NCBI GenBank assembly: GCA_012841525.1
Contig: DUUO01000032.1
Location: forward strand, 6,166-70,165
Direction of reading: 5' to 3'
Length of the DNA: 64,000 bases
Origin: Clostridiales bacterium
Lineage (GTDB): Bacteria; Bacillota; Clostridia; Christensenellales; DTU072
Position 1 is the first letter of the stretch, and each line of letters starts with the position of its first letter. The notes beneath the pieces were generated by a model. The model was not told where the DNA came from. It saw only the letters and a program-made list of their open reading frames with translations, and ran no database searches. This document shows positions 1-8,177 of the stretch, piece by piece. Made by a program: the position numbers and the translations under genes.

Positions 1-558
1 AAATTTCTGCATTTAGTATCTGCTGAAGAAGGCATAAATATAAGTCGCAGAAATATTACAATATCAACTTGTGGTCTTGCAGACAAGATAATAAAACTTG
101 CAAATTCAGGACTTGGTGTTAATTTGTCAATATCACTGCATTCATCAACTGATGATAAAAGAAAAGCAATTATGCCTGTTTCTAAAAAATTTAACATTGC
201 AGATATTTTATCAGCAAGTGAATATTATTTTGACAAAACTGGAAGAAGGGTCACTTTTGAATATGCTTTAATTCCAGGTCAAAATTCATCTGATATAGAT
301 GCCCATTCTCTAGGCGCATTGCTTCAAAATAAAAGTGCACACGTTAATTTAATTAAAGTAAATCTAATAGATGATAACAAACCTGTATTAATAAAAAACA
401 AAGATATTGTCAATTTTATGAAAATAGTCTCATCATATGGAGTTAATATTACTTTAAGAAAAAGCTTAGGTGAAGATATTGAAGGTGCTTGTGGACAGCT
501 AAAAAGAAAATATTTAGGAGACAATGTTCACTTAGAACAGTTAAAACATTGTTTTTAA
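1..558 (+). CDS. rlmN: Radical-SAM 23S rRNA/tRNA adenine-C2 methyltransferase RlmN, C-terminal part (5' end outside window)
   Basis: Frame 1 is open from base 1 (KFLHLVSAEEGINISRRNITISTCGL...) and runs into track ORF 124..558 (..NLSISLHS..VTFEYALIPGQNSS..NLIKVN..). This is the RlmN/Cfr C-terminal pattern. Position upstream of rsgA-rpe matches the Bacillus ylo cluster. Confidence 0.8.
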   Translation, partial: KFLHLVSAEEGINISRRNITISTCGLADKIIKLANSGLGVNLSISLHSSTDDKRKAIMPVSKKFNIADILSASEYYFDKTGRRVTFEYALIPGQNSSDIDAHSLGALLQNKSAHVNLIKVNLIDDNKPVLIKNKDIVNFMKIVSSYGVNITLRKSLGEDIEGACGQLKRKYLGDNVHLEQLKHCF

Positions 559-570
559 TTTAGGTTAAAT

Positions 571-1443
571 ATGAAAAAAACTTTTATAGGAAAAATTTCC
601 AAAAAAAAGGCTGATCGATTTGAGGTTATATTTAACGATGAGATTTTCATAGGCCGTCCTAGAGGAAGAATACAGTTAATTGATAATTTATATGTTGGAG
701 ACAATGTAGAGTTTACTATTGAAGATTCTTATGCAAATATAGAGAAAATTTTGCCGCGAAAAAATTTTTTTATAAGACCAAATGTAGCAAACATTGACAA
801 GCTCTTAATTGTTATTGCAAAGGAGCCAACAATAGACTGGCTTTTAGTTGATAAGATGATAATTAATTGCTATGCAAATAATATTGAGCCAATTATTTGT
901 TATAATAAAGCAGATTTAGTAAAAGACGAAGATGTTGAAAAAGAGCTCTCGCCATATGCTAAATTTATGGAATGCATTAAAATTTCTGCCATAAAAAAGG
1001 AAAATTTGGATGCTTTAGTTGATGTTTTAAGTGAGGGTGTTACTTGTCTTGCAGGGCAAAGCGCTGTTGGTAAAACTACGATATTGAATTCAATATTAGA
1101 TTTAAATTTGAGAACTGGTGGATTATCTGAAAAAATTAGCAGAGGTAAACACACAACAAGGCATGTTGAAATATATAAAGTTTTAGATGGACTTGTTATG
1201 GACACAGCAGGGTTTAGTGTATTTACTTTAATTAATAAAAAACCAAATGAATTAAAAGATTATTATCACGAATTTATTGAGCTTCAAAGAGGGTGTAGAT
1301 TTTCTTCTTGTTTACATATAAATGAACCAGATTGTGCCGTTATAAAAGCATACCAAAAAGGTCAAATAGATTCTGGAAGATATGATCGTTATCTTAAAAT
1401 TTATGAAGAAGTCAAAACTGCATACGATAAAAAATTTATGTAA
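571..1443 (+). CDS. rsgA: Ribosome small-subunit-dependent GTPase A (circularly permuted GTPase)
   Basis: Track ORF. Permuted G motifs are NKADL, AGQSAVGKTT and DTAGF. C-terminal zinc knuckle is CRFSSCLHINEPDCAV. Confidence 0.9.
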   Translation: MKKTFIGKISKKKADRFEVIFNDEIFIGRPRGRIQLIDNLYVGDNVEFTIEDSYANIEKILPRKNFFIRPNVANIDKLLIVIAKEPTIDWLLVDKMIINCYANNIEPIICYNKADLVKDEDVEKELSPYAKFMECIKISAIKKENLDALVDVLSEGVTCLAGQSAVGKTTILNSILDLNLRTGGLSEKISRGKHTTRHVEIYKVLDGLVMDTAGFSVFTLINKKPNELKDYYHEFIELQRGCRFSSCLHINEPDCAVIKAYQKGQIDSGRYDRYLKIYEEVKTAYDKKFM

Positions 1444-1537
1444 TTAAAACATTGTTTATATTTCGTTGCATATTGCATATTAATAATGTTCTGACTATAA
1501 AACTAGTTAAATTTAAAACATTGTTAGAGAGGGTTAA

Positions 1538-2191
1538 ATGGAAAAGAAAATTTTAATATCTCCTTCAATTTTATCTGGAGATTTTGTAAATATGGAAAAA
1601 AGTGTAAGACTTTTATCTGATTGGAATGCAGATTTAGTCCACTGCGATGTTATGGATGGTGTTTATGTTCCAAATATTACTTTTGGTATGCCAATGATAA
1701 GGGCAATTAGAAAAATAACAGATCTGCCATTAGATGTTCATTTAATGATTACGAAGCCAGAAAAATATGTTGAAGAATTTGCAGATGCTGGAGCAGATAT
1801 TATTACATTTCATCCAGAAGCCAGTGAAAATGCTTTAGAGACTATAAAATTAATTAAAAGTAAAGGCAAAAAAGCGGGAATTGTAATCAATGCAAAAGTA
1901 GATATAAAACCGTATTTATATCTCATTGATTATATTGATATGATTTTAATAATGAGTGTCAATGCAGGCTATGGAGGGCAAAAATTTATTCCTGAATCAT
2001 TAGAAAAGGTAAAAATTGCAAAAGAATACATCGAAAAGAACAAATTGAATGTAGATATTGAAATCGATGGTGGAATAAATGAAGATAATGTAAGTCTAGT
2101 TAAAAATGCAGGCGTAAATGTAATAGTTGCTGGAAGTGCCGTTTACAAATCAAGTGATCCTAAAAAGACAATTGAAATTTTGAAAAAGTAA
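1538..2191 (+). CDS. rpe: Ribulose-phosphate 3-epimerase
   Basis: Track ORF with HCDVMDG, VHLMI, MSVNAGYGGQKF and EIDGGI motifs. An SD-like gagaggg precedes the ATG. Confidence 0.9.
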   Translation: MEKKILISPSILSGDFVNMEKSVRLLSDWNADLVHCDVMDGVYVPNITFGMPMIRAIRKITDLPLDVHLMITKPEKYVEEFADAGADIITFHPEASENALETIKLIKSKGKKAGIVINAKVDIKPYLYLIDYIDMILIMSVNAGYGGQKFIPESLEKVKIAKEYIEKNKLNVDIEIDGGINEDNVSLVKNAGVNVIVAGSAVYKSSDPKKTIEILKK

Positions 2192-2269
2192 TTTTGTTGC
2201 TATAGATACAAAAATGTTTATTTTTAATTTGTTACTTTTAGTATTATAAATTCAAAATTTTATCAAAAT

Positions 2270-2307
2270 AAAAAAGGCCACTGCAATAGTGGCCTTGATT
2301 TTTTTAA
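2270..2307. terminator. Bidirectional intrinsic terminator between convergent rpe and rpmB
   Basis: Hairpin GGCCACT-gcaat-AGTGGCC at 2276-2294, flanked by an A-run upstream and a T-run (ttgattttttt) downstream, so it is usable on both strands. Confidence 0.75.
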
Positions 2308-2319
2308 AATAAAGGTGTT

Positions 2320-2502
2320 TTATATATTAGCGTTTTTTCTTTCAGTACGCATACATCTGGTGCAAATATATTTTCCTGAACCATCAGAAGTCTTCATTTT
2401 ATGAAGATTTGCACTCCAGCTTTTTCTTGTTTTAATATTACTGTGGCTAACTTTGTTTCCACTCATTGGACCTTTACCACATACACTACATTTTCTTGCC
2501 AT
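2320..2502 (-). CDS. rpmB: 50S ribosomal protein L28
   Basis: Track ORF MARKCSVCGKGPMSGNKVSHSNIKTRKSW.., a typical L28. SD ggaggtg lies upstream on the minus strand. Confidence 0.95.
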   Translation of the reverse strand: MARKCSVCGKGPMSGNKVSHSNIKTRKSWSANLHKMKTSDGSGKYICTRCMRTERKNANI

Positions 2503-2771
2503 AAGGTAACACCTCCTTGCTTTTGCTATAGTATTATATCTAGTATTTTTTAATATTGCAACAAATTTTTTATTATGAAAATAAAAAGATTTCTGAGAAA
2601 TTTTATAGATTTTGCAATAATTTTATAATTTCATCAATTAGTTAAGTTTAATATTAAGTAATTTAACATTTTTTCACATTATACATAATGTGTATTTTGA
2701 TACTATAGTATATTAGTTGCTTTCATTTAACATTTAATATATATTAAGACATAATAGTAGGAGTTCTATTT

Positions 2772-3122
2772 ATGGCGTTAAGCACTTCAAATATTTATGG
2801 GAACATCACAATTTACGATAACGTAATTTACAAAATTGTAGGTAGTACTGCATTAAAATGTTACGGAGTATATAGTCTTGTTTCACGTAGAATATCCGAC
2901 AGTATCCTTTCTTTATTTGGAAAGGAACCAATTAGTAAAGGTGTAAAAGTTCTTACAAGCGAGAATAAAACATACATAGAGGTATATGTTCTATTGAAAA
3001 GTGGAGTTAACAAAGAAGCTGTAGTTGAAAGTTTAAAATCATCAATAATTTATAACATTGAACACATTACGGGGATGATTGTTAAGTCTGTTAACATCCA
3101 TGTTGTAGGTGTACGCTTGTAA
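2772..3122 (+). CDS. Asp23/Gls24-family (alkaline shock) protein
   Basis: Track ORF of about 116 aa, with SD taggag upstream. The rpmB / Asp23 / DAK2 / recG order matches yloU-yloV-recG of Bacillus. Confidence 0.75.
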   Translation: MALSTSNIYGNITIYDNVIYKIVGSTALKCYGVYSLVSRRISDSILSLFGKEPISKGVKVLTSENKTYIEVYVLLKSGVNKEAVVESLKSSIIYNIEHITGMIVKSVNIHVVGVRL

Positions 3123-3133
3123 CATATATTGTT

Positions 3134-4780
3134 ATGGTTTTAAGTTTAAAAGCAGAAAAACTAAGAGATATCTTTATTGGTGGAATGATAAATCTTAGTA
3201 ATAATAAGGCATTAGTCAATAGTTTAAATGTTTTTCCTATCCCAGATGGTGATACGGGAACAAACATGTATTTGACTATGAAAAATACTGTTAAAGAACT
3301 CAACGCTGTTAAAAATCCTACAATGATAAACATATGCGAAGCTTTAACCAATGGAGCATTAAGTGGTGCTAGAGGTAATAGTGGTGTTATTTTATCGCAA
3401 ATTTTAAAAGGAATGGCTTCTGTTTTTGCTGAAGCAAATGAAGTTACAACAAGAACATTTACAAGAGCATTAAAAAATGGTGCAAAAGTTGCATATTCTA
3501 TTGTTGAAGAGCCACAAGAGGGCACAATTTTAACAGTTATTAGAATGATTTCAAATTATGCATATAGAGTTTCTTCAAGAAAAAATAATTTTATTGATTA
3601 TTTCACAGCAATATTAAAATACGGAGAAGAAGTTTTAGCAAATACTCCAAATCAATTACCTGTTCTAAAAAAGGCAGGTGTCGTTGATGCTGGTGGCAAA
3701 GGTTTACTTGTTTTGCTATATGGTATGTATAATGAAATTGCAGGTATTCCTCAACAAGAAGAAAACATAGAAGAAACAACAGAATTTGTAGAAGATCCTG
3801 TGCTTGAGTATGAAAACATTGAAGATATTAAATTTGCATATTGTACAGAATATTTTGTAATAAATTTATTTAAGAAAACAACTTTAGCAGATATTGATAG
3901 ACTTAGAGAGAATCTTAAAAAGATTGGCGATTGTGTGCTTGTTGTTGGTGATTTGAATTTAGTAAAAGTTCATGTTCATACAAATAATCCTGATATTGCT
4001 TTATCGCATGGATTAAAACTTGGTGAAATTAATCGTCCTAAAATTGACAATATGCTTGAACAACATAGAGAAATTTTAAAGAAAAAACAAGAGCAACTTG
4101 AAGAAGAACAAGAAGAATTAGAAGCAGGCATTATAGCTATTTGCAATGGTGAAGGAATTAGCAATATATTCAAAGAACTTGGCGCAAATAAAATAATTAA
4201 AGGTGGGCAAACAATGAATCCAAGCGTTGAAGATATTGTTGCTGCAACCGAGAAAATAAATGCTAAAACAGTTTATATTTTGCCAAACAATAGCAATATA
4301 GTTTTAGCAGCCGAGCAATCAAGGGCTATTGTTAAGAAAAATTTAGTAGTTATTCCGTCTAAAAATATTCCTCAAGGTATAGCAGCGGCTATGAATATTG
4401 ATGTGACTTTATCGCCTGAAGAAAACATTGAAAATACAAAAGAAATTATGAAATCTGTGCGTGCAGGACAAGTTACAAAATCAGTAAAGAAAACTGAATT
4501 AGATGGATTCAAGTTGGAGTTAGGAGACTATATTGGTCTTGATAAAGCCTTGGTAGCAAAAGGGAAGAATTTAGAAAAAGTAACGCTTGCATTAATTGAT
4601 AAATTAGTTTCCGATGATTTAGAAAATAGTGCAACAATTAGTTTATATTATGGAGAAGAGCTTACTAGAAAAGATACAACTGGAATTCAAAATAAACTTA
4701 TTGAAAAATATCCATATTTTGATATTATGATTTACGAGGGTGGCCAACAGCACTATTATTTTTATGTTTCTGTTGAATAG
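3134..4780 (+). CDS. DAK2 domain-containing protein (YloV-like)
   Basis: Track ORF with the N-terminal Dak phosphatase motif IPDGDTGTNM, about 548 aa, in conserved synteny. Confidence 0.8.
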   Translation: MVLSLKAEKLRDIFIGGMINLSNNKALVNSLNVFPIPDGDTGTNMYLTMKNTVKELNAVKNPTMINICEALTNGALSGARGNSGVILSQILKGMASVFAEANEVTTRTFTRALKNGAKVAYSIVEEPQEGTILTVIRMISNYAYRVSSRKNNFIDYFTAILKYGEEVLANTPNQLPVLKKAGVVDAGGKGLLVLLYGMYNEIAGIPQQEENIEETTEFVEDPVLEYENIEDIKFAYCTEYFVINLFKKTTLADIDRLRENLKKIGDCVLVVGDLNLVKVHVHTNNPDIALSHGLKLGEINRPKIDNMLEQHREILKKKQEQLEEEQEELEAGIIAICNGEGISNIFKELGANKIIKGGQTMNPSVEDIVAATEKINAKTVYILPNNSNIVLAAEQSRAIVKKNLVVIPSKNIPQGIAAAMNIDVTLSPEENIENTKEIMKSVRAGQVTKSVKKTELDGFKLELGDYIGLDKALVAKGKNLEKVTLALIDKLVSDDLENSATISLYYGEELTRKDTTGIQNKLIEKYPYFDIMIYEGGQQHYYFYVSVE

Positions 4781-4853
4781 TATTTTACAATTCATTTTAT
4801 TGAATAATGAAAAATGTAATTTATTAAATATTTTTAACAAATAAGGGTTAATT

Positions 4854-6851
4854 TTGAGTAAAAATTTTAATTTATCTGATGTGAAAGGCGTAGGGCCTGT
4901 AACAGAAAAAAAGTTAAATGAATTAGGAATTAAATCTATTAAAGATTTAGTTCATTTTTTGCCTTGTAGATATATTGATTTAGATGCACCTACATCTTTA
5001 TCTAAAGTAGAAGATGGCGATTATGTATTGTTAAAGCTTTTTATAAGTTCCATTTCAAAACCATATAAAATTAGGGGTTCACTATTAGTCAGAGCACATG
5101 GTAAAACTGATGAAGGTAAAAGTGTAAAACTTATATGGTTTAATGCTTCTTATGTTTATAAAACTATAGATAAAAATGCATATATTAGAGTTTTTGGCAA
5201 AATTTCAATGGATAATGGCTATCAATTAGTCAATCCAAAATTTGAAAAATTTCAAGAAAATAACACTAAGTTTCATGGTATATCTGCCATTTATCCTCTT
5301 AAGAAAAGAATTCCGCAACAAACATATGCATCTATTGTAAATGATGCAATAAGCAAAACAGAGATTAAAGGATTTATTCCAAGCGAAGTTGAAGAAAAAT
5401 TTAATCTTATGAAATATGAAAATGCCGTAAAATTAGTTCACAAACCAAAAAATATTGAAGATGGAGAAAATGCAAGTATAAGAATAGAACTTGATGAAAT
5501 AGTAAAAAAAGCATGTGCACATAAAGTGTTAAAAACAAACAAAAATAGACAAAAGATTTATAATGCGACATTAGATGAATTAAACTCATTAATATCTTTG
5601 TTGCCTTTCAAATTAAATGATTCACAAGAAAAGGCAGTTAAAAAAATTGTCAAATCTCTCAAATCAGAAAATCAATTAAATGCACTGCTCGCTGGTGATG
5701 TTGGTAGTGGTAAAACTGTCGTTAGTCTCATTATTGCATATTTTGCTGTTTTATCTGGTTATCAAGTTGCTTTTATTGCTCCAACTGAAGTGCTTTCTAT
5801 GCAGCACTATAATAATTTTATTTCTTTACTCAGCAATTTAAATGTAAACATTTCTCTATTGACATCTAATATAAAAACGTCAGAAAAAAAACAAATATTA
5901 AAAAAATTAAAAGAGGGTGAAACTGACATTATAGTAGGTACTCATTCACTACTTTCTAAAACTGTACAATTTAAAAATCTTTCTTTAGTAATTATTGATG
6001 AGCAACATAGATTTGGAGTTTCACAAAGAAATATGCTCATTTCAAAAACTGAAAATACAGACATATTAATGCTCTCAGCAACACCAATCCCAAGATCACT
6101 TAGGTTTATTATGCTAGGTGAAGTTGATTATATACAAATTGACAATAGGTTTTTGAAAAATAGAATTAAAACAAGATTAGTCCCAACTGAAAAATATGAT
6201 GATATGTTAAAGTATATCGTAAAAGAATGTACAAGTGGTGCACAAGCATTTTTTATTGCTCCAAAAATTTATGACTGTGAAGGTATTGAAACAGCAAATG
6301 TAGATAGGCTATATAAAAATTTATCTAAGAAAATTGGTAAAGAAGTTAATATTGGATATTTACATGGAAAATTAACATTTCAACAAAAGCAAAAAATATT
6401 GGATGATTTTAGTAACAACGAAATATCAATTTTAATAAGTACAACTGTTGTGGAAGTCGGAATAGACGTGCCAAATGCAAACTTAATGGTGATTTTTGAT
6501 GCAGATAGATTTGGTCTTGCAACGCTTCATCAATTAAGAGGACGTATAGGCAGGGATGGGAAAGAAGCATATTGTTTTTTATTTCCTCAAAAAGATGAAA
6601 ATGAAAGATTAGAAATGTTTTGCAAAATGGCAAGTGGAATGGAAATTGCAGAATATGATTTTAGTATCAGAGGCCCTGGTGCATGGTATGGACAAGAGCA
6701 AAGCGGTTACCTATCATCTGCTTTTAGTTTACCAATACGCTATATTGAGAACATAAAAGAAATAGTTGAAAATATTGACATTCAATCTATGCGATACGAA
6801 CTTTTAGCATATGCTTTAAGTTATGGATTAGATAAAGTTTCAATAACTTAA
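4854..6851 (+). CDS. recG: ATP-dependent DNA helicase RecG
   Basis: Track ORF with Walker A GDVGSGKT, DEQHRFG, SATPIPRS and QLRGRIGR. The TTG start comes from the track and the exact start is uncertain. Confidence 0.9.
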   Translation: MSKNFNLSDVKGVGPVTEKKLNELGIKSIKDLVHFLPCRYIDLDAPTSLSKVEDGDYVLLKLFISSISKPYKIRGSLLVRAHGKTDEGKSVKLIWFNASYVYKTIDKNAYIRVFGKISMDNGYQLVNPKFEKFQENNTKFHGISAIYPLKKRIPQQTYASIVNDAISKTEIKGFIPSEVEEKFNLMKYENAVKLVHKPKNIEDGENASIRIELDEIVKKACAHKVLKTNKNRQKIYNATLDELNSLISLLPFKLNDSQEKAVKKIVKSLKSENQLNALLAGDVGSGKTVVSLIIAYFAVLSGYQVAFIAPTEVLSMQHYNNFISLLSNLNVNISLLTSNIKTSEKKQILKKLKEGETDIIVGTHSLLSKTVQFKNLSLVIIDEQHRFGVSQRNMLISKTENTDILMLSATPIPRSLRFIMLGEVDYIQIDNRFLKNRIKTRLVPTEKYDDMLKYIVKECTSGAQAFFIAPKIYDCEGIETANVDRLYKNLSKKIGKEVNIGYLHGKLTFQQKQKILDDFSNNEISILISTTVVEVGIDVPNANLMVIFDADRFGLATLHQLRGRIGRDGKEAYCFLFPQKDENERLEMFCKMASGMEIAEYDFSIRGPGAWYGQEQSGYLSSAFSLPIRYIENIKEIVENIDIQSMRYELLAYALSYGLDKVSIT

Positions 6852-6897
6852 TTTTTTATTATGGATTAGATAAAGTTTCAGCAACTTAATTTTTATT
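6823..6897 (+). repeat. 38-bp tandem duplication spanning the recG stop codon (3'-end echo)
   Basis: atggattagataaagtttcaATaacttaatttttt(t)att at 6823-6860 is repeated at 6861-6897 with 2 substitutions and 1 T indel. Copy 2 still reads YGLDKVSAT-stop, against YGLDKVSIT-stop in recG. Confidence 0.85.
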
Positions 6898-7117
6898 ATG
6901 TTTATTGAAAGTAATGATATATGTAATTGCAAACAAAATTTCGCCTAAATTGAAAAAATCCAAGATAATTTGATTTAGATTACAATATAAAATTTAATTT
7001 AGTATTATTAGTTAAAATATTATTAGTCGTAATACCTTGATATTGTTTATAATAAAATGTAATATTTAATGTAATATATATTTAAACACATTCGCCAAGT
7101 GAAGAGGGAGGTTTTTT

Positions 7118-8053
7118 ATGGACTTTTTGAAATTAAAAACATTTGATAATAAAGAGATGACAGTTTGTGTATGGGATAAAGTTAAAGATCCTATTGCTGG
7201 AATTGTAATTAATCATGGTATGAGCGAGCATGCAGAGCGCTATGATGAATTTGCAAAGTTTTTAAATGAAAATGGTTATGTTGTATTAGCGGGTAATCAT
7301 AGAGCACACAAGTACAATGTAAATGGTGAAAAAACCATAATAGCAGGTGATAACTTTGAAGAAACTTTAGAAGATATAAGAATTGTTGTAGAATACACAA
7401 ATGAAAAATATAATGTTCCAGTTGTCATGTTAGGACATAGTTATGGAAGTTTTCTTTCACAAAGATTTATTGAACTAAATAGCAAAATGTTAAGTGGCTG
7501 CATTTTAGTTGGAACTGCATATATGAAAGGAAACAGCAATCCTTTATTGGTAGGTTTTGTCGGATTGATAAATCTTCTTGCTGGGAAAAACAAACCTGCA
7601 AAGTTGATTGATAAACTTTCATTTAGTTCATACAATAATGGCTTTGAAGATGAAGGAGATTTTGCATGGTTGTCTAGAGACCCAAATGAAGTGCAAAAAT
7701 ATAGAGATGATGAGTATTGTGGTTATGTACAATCCAATGGTTTCTATTACTATTTCTTGAAAGGTATGCGAAAGCTTTATAAAAAAGATGCACAAAAAAT
7801 TAGCAAAAATTTCCCAATATTAATTACTTTTGGTGGTGATGACCCAGTTTCAAAAAAAGGAAAATTAGCATATAAATTAAGAGATTTTTATGTTGATAAA
7901 CTTGGTCTAAAAAAAGTGGACATAAAAGAATATGAAGGTGGACGTCATGAAATCTTACATGAAACTAATAAACAAGAAGTTTATCAAGATATTCTTGCGT
8001 ATATCAATAGCCTTTTTTCCAAAAAACCAACAAAACAAGTTGAGAATGCATAA
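7118..8053 (+). CDS. Alpha/beta hydrolase (lysophospholipase / monoacylglycerol-lipase-like)
   Basis: Track ORF with HGMSEHAERY and the nucleophile elbow GHSYGS. Strong SD gagggagg upstream. Confidence 0.7.
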   Translation: MDFLKLKTFDNKEMTVCVWDKVKDPIAGIVINHGMSEHAERYDEFAKFLNENGYVVLAGNHRAHKYNVNGEKTIIAGDNFEETLEDIRIVVEYTNEKYNVPVVMLGHSYGSFLSQRFIELNSKMLSGCILVGTAYMKGNSNPLLVGFVGLINLLAGKNKPAKLIDKLSFSSYNNGFEDEGDFAWLSRDPNEVQKYRDDEYCGYVQSNGFYYYFLKGMRKLYKKDAQKISKNFPILITFGGDDPVSKKGKLAYKLRDFYVDKLGLKKVDIKEYEGGRHEILHETNKQEVYQDILAYINSLFSKKPTKQVENA

Positions 8054-8177
8054 ATAAGTGAAAGTTTCAATCATAACACTATAGGAAATACAAAAAATAA
8101 ATTGAAAACAAATAAATTAAATCAAAGTGCTATAGTGTAATAAGAAAATATAAAAAAATAAGATAAGTGATGAATTA

